Assembly: GCA_001750645.1 (NCBI GenBank)
Contig: MEIF01000228.1
Location: 79,322 to 143,321, forward strand
Direction of reading: 5' to 3'
DNA from: Gammaproteobacteria bacterium AqS3
Lineage (GTDB): Bacteria; Pseudomonadota; Gammaproteobacteria; MEIF01; AqS3
DNA length: 64,000 nt
Position 1 is the stretch's first letter. Each line of letters opens with the position of its first letter. The position numbers were made by a program, and so were the translations under genes. This document shows, piece by piece, positions 31,641 through 41,694 of this stretch. The notes under the pieces are model-generated. The model was not told the origin of the DNA. It did no database searches and saw only the letters and a list, made by a program, of their open reading frames with translations.

Positions 31641-33900
31641 CCAAACTCTCTTGCTGGTTATTTAGTTGCTTAATCAGCCACCGTAGCCCTTCACGAATAT
31701 AAGAAGGCGGCTGTAATTTTATGGGTTCTGAGATATATAGAAGATCAAGTGCGAATTCTGCTTTTCCTCCAGCTTCCAATGCTTGAAATATTTGGTTGCG
31801 CAATGCTTCTAGATCAGAGCTTGTATCAATTGCTGTCTTAAATTTCTCCCCTAGGCTGTTACTTGGAAGATGATTTTGAAAGAGTTTTAGGTTCTCCATT
31901 ATCAATGCGTCTTCAAAAGTGTTGCACAAGGCCTCTTCGCGCTTTCCTTTAAATTCCACGCTGACTGGCCGTTGGTATGCGACGCGAATGGAAAAATGCT
32001 GGCTTTCATATTTTTTACTCTTTAACTTTTCATCAAGATCCAAGAGGACATCCAGTTCTTCAACACCGGGACACCACGACTTGAGGGTGTAGTTGCGTGT
32101 TTTAAGGCTGCTATCGCGCCTTGGTATTTCTTTTGCTCGGTCTGTGTTAGAAGCATCAAGATCGGTGATGATGAGAGTTGTCAGGCCCAGGTGTTCAACC
32201 AAATCTTTGAACCTATGAGCATGACTTCCGCCAATCTCAAGCCATGAGATGTAGCACTGCTGCAAAGCATTGAGTTCTGGCTGGTGTTCGACAAAGAACG
32301 GAATCAAGATTCTTTCAGCCGGGCCTTCCACAAATACCGCCGCATCGGCAAAAAGCAGGTCACAGTGAGTCACCTTGATATATCGAGTGACAAAGCGCTT
32401 GGTCTCATCTTCTGCCCCGAATATATTACTCAGATTGATGACGCATGAGAGGGGAACAGATGCTGCATCGATGGGAAGACGGCGAAAATATCGCAGGTCA
32501 TCAAATTCACATTCATGGGCGATATGGCTGGAGTGCGTGCTCACGATCACCTGGGTTTTCAATTCCTCTGATTGCCCTAATTCACTGTGGCTTCGAAGAA
32601 ATTTATAGGCCTGTCTGATAAATACCTGTTGAACCTGTGTGTGAAGGTGGGCTTCAGGTTCTTCAATGAGCACAAGATGCAAAGGCGGAATATGCACATC
32701 AGATTCTTCCTCTGATTGAATATTGGCTTTGCCAACGCGCATCCGCGCATCGCGAAAGCTCATTAACCGGAAAATCATGGATATAAGGTTTTGATAACCC
32801 AGACCGTTGGAGTCTTCAGGGAGGCTAAGTTCAACTGTGTTCCCGTCATCTTGTGTGGTTACAGCATATTGGACGGCAGTGGGATGATTAAGACCATCAA
32901 CCGGCTTGATGCGTGTGGAAATTTTGAGCTTTGGATCGGTGATGCCCGGATACCCCATTTTTTCCACTTCTTGGATGGCTGCTGAGAATCCATTCATAAG
33001 TTTCTCATCAAAAGTCTCTTGAGCCGTTTTGATGGCAGCCAACGCTCTGATGTCTTGTTCGCTTGAATGTTTAAGCGGGTCGAGGTGCCTATTCCAATAG
33101 CGCTGAAGTTGATGGGACATGCGCCGACTGGAGCTTGATCCGGCAAGTGTGCCGTCATCATCGGGATCGCCGGACTCAGTGGTTTGGCCAAAACCCCGCT
33201 GGGCGCCGATCTCATCAATTTGGATGAGACCTTTGAGGGGGTTGCTGCCGATGGGCTCTGCGTTATCTGGCAGCGGTTGAGGCTGTGACTCGCCACGATC
33301 AGCCTTGCTGAATTTTGCGGGATCAAGAATGTACGCCTCAATGGAGAAGAGGTCGCTCAATCTGCGCTTTAGAAAATCGGTAAGTGAAAGGGGCCAAAGC
33401 AAATCTGATAGATCACCTTCAGTTCGTTTCTTGGTCGTTTCCAAAGAATGCGATTGGGCACGAGCGACTACATAGGCCTTTTGGAGTTTGGATTCGTCTT
33501 TCGGTTGAAGCCGAAAGCGAACGCCAAGCCGTCCGCCATCCCAATCAAGCGTCGGGATTATCTTTTGGACTAAATGAGCCTCTTCCTTGTCGGCGTGAAG
33601 CCAGACATCCAGAAAGGGCAGGATGGGGGCCCAATCGGGCTCAGGAAGAGGCTGATCTTCTGTATTCGCCCTCTCCCAGGCAGCCCCCATTTCGTCAATT
33701 TTCGGCCAATTGGACAGCGTGAAGTCATCGAGAGAAAAAGGATTTCTGCCTTTTTCGATAAGAAAGTACTGAAGGGCGCGCATTGCCGAAGTCTTTCCGC
33801 TGTTATTCGCCCCGACAAAAACTGTGGTCTCCCCAGAAAATTCGATCCGCACTGATTTGAGCTTTCTAAAATTTGCAATCTCAATACATTCAATGTGCAT
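31582..33900 (-). CDS. gajA: OLD-family ATPase + TOPRIM nuclease, GajA-like (Gabija-like pair 2)
   Basis: Start chosen at ATG 33900 (AGGGAA RBS; aligns with the N-terminus of pair 1). GANNSGKTS Walker A, LVLIEEPEAHLHTQVQQVFIR, STHSSHIAHE, TOPRIM VFVEGPAERILIP ... LIITDLD. Confidence 0.75.
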   Translation of the reverse strand: MHIECIEIANFRKLKSVRIEFSGETTVFVGANNSGKTSAMRALQYFLIEKGRNPFSLDDFTLSNWPKIDEMGAAWERANTEDQPLPEPDWAPILPFLDVWLHADKEEAHLVQKIIPTLDWDGGRLGVRFRLQPKDESKLQKAYVVARAQSHSLETTKKRTEGDLSDLLWPLSLTDFLKRRLSDLFSIEAYILDPAKFSKADRGESQPQPLPDNAEPIGSNPLKGLIQIDEIGAQRGFGQTTESGDPDDDGTLAGSSSSRRMSHQLQRYWNRHLDPLKHSSEQDIRALAAIKTAQETFDEKLMNGFSAAIQEVEKMGYPGITDPKLKISTRIKPVDGLNHPTAVQYAVTTQDDGNTVELSLPEDSNGLGYQNLISMIFRLMSFRDARMRVGKANIQSEEESDVHIPPLHLVLIEEPEAHLHTQVQQVFIRQAYKFLRSHSELGQSEELKTQVIVSTHSSHIAHECEFDDLRYFRRLPIDAASVPLSCVINLSNIFGAEDETKRFVTRYIKVTHCDLLFADAAVFVEGPAERILIPFFVEHQPELNALQQCYISWLEIGGSHAHRFKDLVEHLGLTTLIITDLDASNTDRAKEIPRRDSSLKTRNYTLKSWCPGVEELDVLLDLDEKLKSKKYESQHFSIRVAYQRPVSVEFKGKREEALCNTFEDALIMENLKLFQNHLPSNSLGEKFKTAIDTSSDLEALRNQIFQALEAGGKAEFALDLLYISEPIKLQPPSYIREGLRWLIKQLNNQQESLGVVNPKPAEDTKPQKGHDH

Positions 33901-34045
33901 TGTGAAATCATTCCCTGATGACAGTTTCTGTTGAACTGCCGGCACCTGGTTGATAGGGGGGTTGACAGGAAGACGCAAAAACGAGCGAAGCCATGGCTGT
34001 CAGGATGTGAATACGCAGCATTTCATTAGCCCTCCTCAATCCAGC

Positions 34046-34122
34046 TGGCGCGCCCGGCAGGATTCGAACCTGCGACCAACGGCTTCGGAAGCCGCTACTC
34101 TATCCAGCTGAGCTACGGGCGC
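34046..34122 (-). tRNA. tRNA-Arg (anticodon CCG)
   Basis: Reverse complement folds as a canonical cloverleaf: acceptor GCGCCCG/CGGGCGC, D-arm GCTCAGCTGGATAGAGT, anticodon loop TTCCGAA, T-arm GCAGGTTCGAATCCTGC, 3' GCCA. Confidence 0.85.
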
Positions 34123-34136
34123 GTGTGCGGGGGATT

Positions 34137-34901
34137 TTAAGACGACTCGGAAGCTTCGGACGATTCATCCGCTTCCGATGCCTCGGCCTCCCCCCGTTCA
34201 CGTCGGATGAGCGCGAGCAGATGATCGGCGATCCTGAGGATGCGCTCGATCGGCATGGAGGAGTTGATCAGATACCGCTCGCCGATCACCAGGGATGGGG
34301 TCGCCGGGATGCGCATCGCCTTGGCGATGCTGCGCGCCTCCCGCACCTGCTGCGTCACGAAGAACGAATCCAGCACCTGATTGATGTCGCCCTCGGAGGC
34401 GCCCTGCCGCTTCAGAAAGGCGCGCACCGCACCGCCGTCGGCGAGGAAGTTGCGCTCCTGGTGAATGGCTCGGTAGACCGCCGCCGAGCCGGCTTCCCGG
34501 TCAATGCCCAGGCGCTGCATGGCAAAGTAGAGGCGCGCGTGATTTTCGTGCTGAGCGCTGAACACGGCCGGCGTGTGCAGCCATTCGATCTGGTCCTGAT
34601 GACGCTCGGCCCAAACCGCGAAGAAGGGATCGGTTCGATAGCAGGCCGCGCATCCGTACCAGAAGAACAGGCGCGCCGGGATGCGGTCGGTGTCGCCGGC
34701 GTATGACTCCGTGATGCTGGCATCGAGCTCAAAATAGTCGCGACCGGCGCGATACTCGCTGCGCTCGCCGGAGCCGCTGCCCGAGGAGGACGTGGCGGCG
34801 GACAGAAGCTGCGGTCCGAAGGTCAGCCCCGCCCAGAACAGCGCAGCCGCTCCCGCAGCGATGACGGCGGCGCTGATCAGGCGGCGCTGAACCGCTTTCA
34901 C
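34137..34901 (-). CDS. dsbA: DsbA-family thiol:disulfide oxidoreductase with acidic C-terminal tail
   Basis: Signal peptide and WYGCAACY CxxC motif in a thioredoxin fold. Confidence 0.65.
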   Translation of the reverse strand: MKAVQRRLISAAVIAAGAAALFWAGLTFGPQLLSAATSSSGSGSGERSEYRAGRDYFELDASITESYAGDTDRIPARLFFWYGCAACYRTDPFFAVWAERHQDQIEWLHTPAVFSAQHENHARLYFAMQRLGIDREAGSAAVYRAIHQERNFLADGGAVRAFLKRQGASEGDINQVLDSFFVTQQVREARSIAKAMRIPATPSLVIGERYLINSSMPIERILRIADHLLALIRRERGEAEASEADESSEASESS

Positions 34902-35518
34902 CGTTTGCGCAGCCCGCTGACGTAACTGGCCACGGCGTCGATCTCCTGTTCGGTGAGGCGCGCGCTGATCGTGGCCATGATCTGGTTTTCACCGCCGATG
35001 CGGCGCTTGAAGCGGTAGTTGCGCAGCGCCTTGGCGACGTATTGGGAGCTCTGCCCGCTCAGTGCCGGATATGCCGCAGCGGGCGTCCCGGAGCCGGTGG
35101 GCGAGTGGCAGGCGGTGCAGGCCGGGATGCCGCGCTCGTGGCTGCCGCCCATGTAGATGCGCCTGCCCTGATCGAGCAGCTCAGGGTCGGTGCTGCCGGT
35201 GGCCATCGGCTGGTCGCTGAAGTACTTTGCCAGGGCTTTCAGATCCTGATCGGAGAGCTTGTCAAGCTGGCCGGTCATCTCGGGTATTGAGCGGTCTCCG
35301 GACTGAATCCACTTGAGCTGTTCGTGCAGGTAGCGAAAGCCCTGACCCCCCAAGTTGGGGAAGGCCGGCCCCGTACCGGCGCCGCTGGCGGTGTGGCAGG
35401 CGATGCAGGCCTTGGCCAGCTCGGCCCCCTGCTCATAGAGATCAACTTTGGCTCCGTGATCATCAGCACTCGCCAGGGCGGCGAAAACGATCAGGGCTGT
35501 CGCGGCGAAAAGTCGCAT
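34898..35518 (-). CDS. Dihaem cytochrome c4
   Basis: Two CxxCH sites (CIACH, CTACH), signal peptide, ~200 aa. Confidence 0.8.
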   Translation of the reverse strand: MRLFAATALIVFAALASADDHGAKVDLYEQGAELAKACIACHTASGAGTGPAFPNLGGQGFRYLHEQLKWIQSGDRSIPEMTGQLDKLSDQDLKALAKYFSDQPMATGSTDPELLDQGRRIYMGGSHERGIPACTACHSPTGSGTPAAAYPALSGQSSQYVAKALRNYRFKRRIGGENQIMATISARLTEQEIDAVASYVSGLRKR

Positions 35519-35590
35519 AATGGAAATGCTTTGAGCTCAGTCACCCGCCGAGGGCGGCGATTATACGTGTTCCCCGCCGCCGCCCGGTTC

Positions 35591-36184
35591 ATGCTCAGTG
35601 CATTTGACGCGCAACATTTCCCTGCCGACGAGGGCGTCGAGATCGCCTGCTGCGGACGTTCCAACGCCGGCAAGTCGAGTGCGCTCAATGCCCTGATGGG
35701 GCGCAAAAACCTGGCCCGCACCAGCAAGACGCCGGGGCGCACGCGGGAGATCAATTTCTTTTCCCTCGATGCCGGGGATCAGCGCCGGCTGGTCGATCTG
35801 CCCGGCTACGGCTATGCGCGCGTGTCCAAATCAGAGCGGCGCTCGTGGGGGGTTCTGGTCGACGACTACCTGGACATGCGCGCCAGCCTGTCGGGCGTCC
35901 TCATGGTGGTCGACATCCGCCGCGGTCTGCTGGATTTTGATCGGCAGATGCTCGCCTGGTGCGGCGCCGCCGAGCTGCCCGTGCTGATTCTGCTGAGCAA
36001 GGCGGATCGGCTGTCGAAATCGCACCGCAGCAATGCGGTTCGCGAGCACCGGGGCGATGCCGAGGTGGTCCGCTCGGAGGCCGCCGTGCTGGCTTTTTCA
36101 AGCACCACCCGTCTGGGGCTGGATGAGGCCAGACAGTGGCTGAGTGATCATCTGACCGGGACAGCCGACGGGCGGGCGCCCTGA
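35591..36184 (+). CDS. engB: Ribosome biogenesis GTPase EngB/YihA
   Basis: G1 GRSNAGKSSALN, G3 DLPGYG, G4 SKADR. Internal ATG chosen because the upstream part of the ORF overlaps cyt c4. Confidence 0.85.
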   Translation: MLSAFDAQHFPADEGVEIACCGRSNAGKSSALNALMGRKNLARTSKTPGRTREINFFSLDAGDQRRLVDLPGYGYARVSKSERRSWGVLVDDYLDMRASLSGVLMVVDIRRGLLDFDRQMLAWCGAAELPVLILLSKADRLSKSHRSNAVREHRGDAEVVRSEAAVLAFSSTTRLGLDEARQWLSDHLTGTADGRAP

Positions 36185-36209
36185 CATCAAGGGCGACCGA
36201 AAGCCGGCG

Positions 36210-36863
36210 ATGTCCTCACAGGCCGTGCTTCGGTCGCTGCGGCAGATGCGATTTGACAATGTCTTCAATCCATACACAGACCGCTGTCCGGTATATGACC
36301 GCATCAACGCACCCCTGATCCGAGGGCGATGCCTCGGGCGCGTGCTCAGGCGGGCGGCGGCGACCCGGCTGGATGCAATCTGGGTGGGGCGCGACCTCGG
36401 CCATCGGGGCGGACGGCGCACGGGGCTGGCTTTTGCGGATGATGTGAATCTCCCGGGTCATCTCGCCCGCTGGGGTCTGCGTACGCAGCGGGCCACCTCG
36501 GGGGAGCCGATGGCCGAAACCACTGCGGCGGTGATCTGGGACGTGCTGCGGCAAATCGAGTCCCCGATTTTTCTCTGGAACATCTTTCCGCTGCACCCGC
36601 ACCGCCGGGGGGAGCCGTTTTCAAATCGCACCCACAACGCTCAGGAGGGACGCGCGGGGGAGGAGCTTCTGATCAGAATGATCGAGTGGCTCGCACCCCG
36701 CCGGGTCATCGCCGTCGGCGGCGACGCCTTTGCCGCACTGTCAAGGCGATCCGCAGGTGTCGAGGTTGTCAGGGTGCGGCATCCGAGCTATGGCGGGCGC
36801 AGCGAGTTTCTGAATTCAATGCGGGGGCTCTACGGGTTGGAGCATCCCGAGGCGCCGGGCTGA
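36210..36863 (+). CDS. Uracil-DNA glycosylase superfamily protein (family uncertain)
   Basis: C-terminal HPSYGG resembles UDG motif B (HPSxxxxN). Gly-rich motif-A-like GRDLGHRGGRRTGLAF. Confidence 0.4.
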   Translation: MSSQAVLRSLRQMRFDNVFNPYTDRCPVYDRINAPLIRGRCLGRVLRRAAATRLDAIWVGRDLGHRGGRRTGLAFADDVNLPGHLARWGLRTQRATSGEPMAETTAAVIWDVLRQIESPIFLWNIFPLHPHRRGEPFSNRTHNAQEGRAGEELLIRMIEWLAPRRVIAVGGDAFAALSRRSAGVEVVRVRHPSYGGRSEFLNSMRGLYGLEHPEAPG

Positions 36864-37062
36864 ACCGGGAGCCGTCAGCCAAAAATCTAAAAGGGGGATT
36901 CCCAAAAACTTGGGGAGTCCAGCGGGGATGTCGCCGAACTCCCCGAGGCGCCAAGTAGGGAGGGAAGAGGCGCCTCACAGAAGAAACAGTAAATAGGGGG
37001 AGGGTGTTTCTGTCTGCACCAACTATGAGTGCGCAATTTTCGAATAAGTTCCCGCCCCGGGT

Positions 37063-37839
37063 TCAGGGGCTTTCGCCGCTTCGCCCCCGGCGTTTTGATC
37101 GCCCCGCCAGGGCATTTTGAATGGCGCTCAGAAAGCCGCGCAGCATGCCCAGCTCATGCGCATCCGGGGAGAGCTGCGTGAACAGCTTGCGAACGCGCAC
37201 CGGAACCAGCCCCGGGTTGTCCGGATCGTAGAACTCGACGTCGAGGAGCACCTGCCGCAGATGTTCGTGCATGTATTCCAGCTCGGCGCTGCTGGGCCAC
37301 TCGCGCGTGTCCTCGGCCATCTCGCCCTGCTGTGCCCTGGCGCTGCAGAGGATTTCATAGGCCACCAGCTGCACCGCCATGGCCAGGTTGAGCGAGCTGT
37401 AATCCTCGTTGCTGGGGATGTTCAGCTGCCAGTGGCAGCGCTGCAGCTCGCTGTTCAGCAGGCCGCGATCCTCGCGCCCGAACAATACCGCAGCGGGTGT
37501 GCGCCCGGCTGCGGCTGCGGTGATCATTTCGACCGCACTGTCTCGGGCATCAAGGCATGGCCAGTCGACCTTTCGGGTGCGCGCACTGGTGCCGACCACA
37601 AGGGTGCAGTCGGCAATGGCCTCATCCAGCGTGTCGACCACCCGGGCGTTCTCGAGCACCGAGAGACCGCCCTTGGCGCGGTGCCCGGCCTCGGGATCGG
37701 GGAAGCGCTTCGGAGCCACCAGAACCAGCCGGCCCAGCCCCATATTGACCATGGCGCGCGCGGCGGCGCCGATGTTGCCCGGGTGTGTGGTGTGAACCAG
37801 CACGATGCGGATCTGATCCAGAACAGGGGGCAGGCTCAC
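37063..37839 (-). CDS. trmJ: tRNA (cytidine/uridine-2'-O)-methyltransferase TrmJ (SPOUT)
   Basis: IRIVLVHTTHPGNIGAAARAM N-terminus. GTG start at 37839 with AAGGA RBS. Divergent from suhB as in E. coli. Confidence 0.85.
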   Translation of the reverse strand: MSLPPVLDQIRIVLVHTTHPGNIGAAARAMVNMGLGRLVLVAPKRFPDPEAGHRAKGGLSVLENARVVDTLDEAIADCTLVVGTSARTRKVDWPCLDARDSAVEMITAAAAGRTPAAVLFGREDRGLLNSELQRCHWQLNIPSNEDYSSLNLAMAVQLVAYEILCSARAQQGEMAEDTREWPSSAELEYMHEHLRQVLLDVEFYDPDNPGLVPVRVRKLFTQLSPDAHELGMLRGFLSAIQNALAGRSKRRGRSGESP

Positions 37840-37898
37840 AGGGCAATATCCTTGAGGGTGCGAGAATTTTAGCCGCGGGATGCAGAGGGCGGGCGCTA

Positions 37899-38812
37899 GA
37901 ATGCCGCCGCCCCGCGCAATTCGCCCCGGAGACGCCTTCGTGCCGTCTGCTGTTCGTTCTGACGAAGCGCTTCTGAACGTTGCAGTGAAGGCCGTGCGCA
38001 AGGGTCATCGAGTCCTGAACCGCTGCGCCCAGAGGCTCGACCGGCTGAATGCGGCCGCAAAGCAGGACAATCCGACCAACCTGGTGACCCAGGCCGATAC
38101 CGAGGTCGAGGCGGCGGTGATCGAGGAGATCCGCACCTTCTTTAAGCACGACGCCATTCTGGCCGAGGAGCTCAGCGGGGAGGAGCCCGATGTCGCCGCC
38201 CTGATGCAGCGCGACGCACCGCGCACCTGGGTCATTGACCCGATCGACGGAACCACCAACTTTGTGCACGGCTATCCGCACTACGCCGTCGCGCTGGCCT
38301 ATGTCGAGGACGGCAGGGTGCGCCTGGGCGTGATCAGCAGCGCGGCCACGGGAGAGCTGTTTACCGTGGTTCGGGGCGCCGGCGCCCTGCTCGACGGACA
38401 CGCCATGCGGGTCAGCGGGCGCACCCAGCTGAGGGGGGCGCTGCTGGCCAACTGCTCGCACGGGCGCGAAACCGACGCCCTGCAGCACGACAACCTTGCC
38501 ACATACCGCGACCTCTACAGCAAGCGCCTGACGATTCGCCGAACCGGGTCAGCGGTGCTGGATATGGCCTACGTCGCCGCCGGGCGGCTCGACGGCTTTT
38601 GGGGCTCGGGCCTGCAGCCCTGGGACATGGCCGCCGGAGGGCTGATGATTGCCGAGGCCGGCGGTCTGATCAGCGACTACTCCGCCGCCGACAATTGGAT
38701 GCAGACCGGGCAGGTGGTCTGCGGTGCACCGCAGTGCTACGCCGGCATTCTTCATTCGGTGATGCAGCGCAGCCGCCCCGCCGAGGAGCCGGCCGGGGAG
38801 TCGCCGGACTAG
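37899..38812 (+). CDS. suhB: Inositol-1-monophosphatase SuhB (start uncertain)
   Basis: WVIDPIDGTTNF and VHGYPHYAVALA motifs. Confidence 0.85.
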
Positions 38813-39768
38813 CTGTTTTCGGTGTCCTCGTCGGAGTCGAGCAGGTCTTCGCTGCGCAGGTTGAGGGAGATCATCACCGGGGCGGCGACGTAGACCGACG
38901 AATAGGTTCCGACAATGATTCCGATGATCATCGCCTTGGCAAAGCCGGCGATCAGTTCGCCGCCCATCAGCAGCAGCGCCGCCAGCACCAGCATGGTGGT
39001 CAGCGAGGTGATCAGGGTGCGATCCAGGGTCTGGTTGACCGACTCGTTGATGATCTGAACCGGGCTGGTGGCGCGCCGGTGCAGCAGGTTTTCCCGTATG
39101 CGGTCGGACACCACGATGGTGTCGTTGAGCGAGTAGCCGATGATCGCCAGGACTGCGGCGAGCACGGTCAGGTCAAAGTCCCAGCGCATGAGCGAGAACA
39201 CGCCGACGATGAGCAGCACGTCGTGCATCAGCGCCGCCACCGCTGCGACGGCAAACTTGAACTGAAACCGCAGGGCGATGTAGACCATGACCACGCCGAG
39301 GGCCAGCAGCAGGCCGAGCCCGCCCTGATCAAACAGCTCATCGCCGACCTGGGGGCCGACAAACTCGGTCAGCTTGACTTCCGATGGGTTGTCCGGGGTC
39401 TCGCCGACCGCGGAGATCACTCGCTCTGAGACATCCTCGCTGCTCTCCCGCACACGGATCAGCAGGTCCTGATCGGAGCCGAAATGGGTCACGGTGGGGC
39501 TGTTGAAGCCGACCGAGCGCAGTCGATCACGCGCCCACTCGACCTCAACCGGCTGCTCCCAGCGCATCTCGATCTGGGTCCCGCCGGTGAAGTCCAGGCC
39601 GAACACCAGACCCTGCAGCACCAGCGACAGCACGCTGGAGAGCAGCACTGCGAGGGACAGCCCCATCGCCCAGTGGCGCCAGCGCATGAAGTCGAGAATG
39701 GGTCGGCCCAGCTTGAGCGCCGCGGAGGGCTGCGGCTGCTCGGTCTTCTTGGGGCTGCCCTGGCTCAT
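38809..39768 (-). CDS. secF: Protein translocase subunit SecF
   Basis: Six-TM SecF core. 4-nt overlap with secD. Confidence 0.9.
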   Translation of the reverse strand: MSQGSPKKTEQPQPSAALKLGRPILDFMRWRHWAMGLSLAVLLSSVLSLVLQGLVFGLDFTGGTQIEMRWEQPVEVEWARDRLRSVGFNSPTVTHFGSDQDLLIRVRESSEDVSERVISAVGETPDNPSEVKLTEFVGPQVGDELFDQGGLGLLLALGVVMVYIALRFQFKFAVAAVAALMHDVLLIVGVFSLMRWDFDLTVLAAVLAIIGYSLNDTIVVSDRIRENLLHRRATSPVQIINESVNQTLDRTLITSLTTMLVLAALLLMGGELIAGFAKAMIIGIIVGTYSSVYVAAPVMISLNLRSEDLLDSDEDTENS

Positions 39769-41627
39769 GAACTTGCCGGACGCACCCAGCCGATGGACAG
39801 GGTGCGCCCGCGGTTGCCGTAGATGGCATTGGTCATGGCGCGGCTGAACATCACTGCGGTGAAGATCGAGGTCAGGATGCCGACGCTCAGGGTGACGGCA
39901 AAACCCTTGACCGAGCCGGTGCCGACGGCGTAGAGAATGATGGCGACGAGCAGCGTCGTGATGTTGGCGTCGAGGATCGAGATCAGGGCGCGCCCGTAGC
40001 CGCGGTCAATCGCCGCGGCGGGCGGCGTCCCGGCGCGCAGCTCCTCCCGAACGCGGGAGAAGATCAGCACGTTGGCATCCACCGCCATGCCGACGGTCAG
40101 CACAAAGCCGGCGATGCCCGGCAGCGTCAGGGTGGCCTGCAGGATCGACATCACCGCCGCCATCAGCAGCAGGTTGAGCGACAGGGCGAGCGTGCTGACG
40201 ATGCCGAAGACGTGGTAGTAGAAGATCATGAACACCAGGACCAGGGCGAAGCCGATCTGCACGGACAGCAGCCCGGCATTGATGTTCTCCTGCCCCAGGC
40301 TGGGGCCGATGACGCGCTCCTCGGCGTAGCGCATCGGCGCCGCCAGGGAGCCGGCGCGCAGCAGCAGCGCCAGCTCCGAGGATTCCGCCGGGCTGTCCAG
40401 CCCGGTGATGCGAAAGTCGCTGCCCAGCTGTGCCTGAATGGTCGCCCAGCTGATGACGTTGCGATCGCGCACGGTCACCTGCTGCGGCTCGCCATTTTCG
40501 TCGGGCTCATAGATCGTGCGCTCCTCGATGAAGATCACGGCCATGGGGCGTCCGATGTTGCCCCGCGTGTTGCGCCCCATCGTGCGGCCTGCGCTGCTGC
40601 TGAGCGAGATGTTGACCTGCGGCACGCCGCTCTCGTCGTAAGACGGGGTGGCATTGATCACCTGCTCGCCGGTGACGATGACGTCCCTCAGGACGGGGTG
40701 CATCAGGCCCGGCTGGCTGCGCGAGGGCAGGCGCTCGACATCGTAGCTGGGGGTGTTGTCCAGAGCCGAGAGTCGAAACTCCAGATTGGCGGTTTTGCCG
40801 ATGATGTTTTTGGCGTGGGCGGTGTCCTGGACGCCGGGCAGCTGCACCACGATGCGGTTGCTGCCCTGGCGCTGAACCACCGGCTGTGCCACCCCCAGCT
40901 CGTTGATGCGGTTGCGCAGGGTGATGAGGTTCTGCTCCAGCGCCCGGCTGATCACCTGCTCGCGCGCCTGATCGCTGAGCAGCATGCGCACGGCGTCGCG
41001 CCCGTCGATGCGGTCGGCCACAACCACGTAGTCGGTGTACTGGGGCCTCAGCAGGGAGACGGCCCGGTCGCGGTCGGCCTCATTGCCGAACATCAGCACC
41101 AGTCCGCTGCTGATGGTGGTCGCGCGGCGATAGCGAATCTCCTCTTCGCGCAGCTGCCGCTTGACGGCGGACAGCACCGTGCCCAGCGCGTTTTCAAGGG
41201 CTGCGGGGGCGTCGACTTCCAGCAGAAAATGCACGCCCCCGCGCAGGTCGAGGCCCAGGCTCATGGGCTGTGCCCCCAGAGCGCGCAGCCACTCGGGGGT
41301 GGTCGGAGCCAGGCTGAGCGCCAGCACCAGATTCTGATCCAGCTGCGGAGCCAGAACCTCGCGCGCGCGCAGCTGGTCATCGGCCGAGTGCAGGTGGATC
41401 AGCAGATTGCCGTTTTCCTGTCGCTTGAATTTCTTGACCTCAATGTCGGCGGCGCCCAGCATGGCGGTGACCTCGTCCTCCAGCCCGGCGGGGGCCGCAG
41501 CCCCGGCAGTGCGCGATGAAATCTGCAGGGCGGCGTCGGGGGCGTAGAGATTGGGCAGGGCGTAGATCACGCCGATGGAGATGACCAGCCCGATCAGAAG
41601 CAGCTGCCAGAGCGGGGTGTGATTCAT
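39765..41627 (-). CDS. secD: Protein translocase subunit SecD
   Basis: Start at ATG 41627 (MNHTPLWQLLLIG matches the SecD N-terminus). Large periplasmic domain plus C-terminal six-TM bundle. Confidence 0.9.
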   Translation of the reverse strand: MNHTPLWQLLLIGLVISIGVIYALPNLYAPDAALQISSRTAGAAAPAGLEDEVTAMLGAADIEVKKFKRQENGNLLIHLHSADDQLRAREVLAPQLDQNLVLALSLAPTTPEWLRALGAQPMSLGLDLRGGVHFLLEVDAPAALENALGTVLSAVKRQLREEEIRYRRATTISSGLVLMFGNEADRDRAVSLLRPQYTDYVVVADRIDGRDAVRMLLSDQAREQVISRALEQNLITLRNRINELGVAQPVVQRQGSNRIVVQLPGVQDTAHAKNIIGKTANLEFRLSALDNTPSYDVERLPSRSQPGLMHPVLRDVIVTGEQVINATPSYDESGVPQVNISLSSSAGRTMGRNTRGNIGRPMAVIFIEERTIYEPDENGEPQQVTVRDRNVISWATIQAQLGSDFRITGLDSPAESSELALLLRAGSLAAPMRYAEERVIGPSLGQENINAGLLSVQIGFALVLVFMIFYYHVFGIVSTLALSLNLLLMAAVMSILQATLTLPGIAGFVLTVGMAVDANVLIFSRVREELRAGTPPAAAIDRGYGRALISILDANITTLLVAIILYAVGTGSVKGFAVTLSVGILTSIFTAVMFSRAMTNAIYGNRGRTLSIGWVRPASS

Positions 41628-41694
41628 CTGCCCGCTGCTGTCTTCGCGACGCGAACGGGAACCTGCGCGCTGCGGGACCAGCATTTTGGACGGT

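Noticed and set aside
40212-41519. 435-aa plus-strand ORF
   Set aside because: Antisense to secD.
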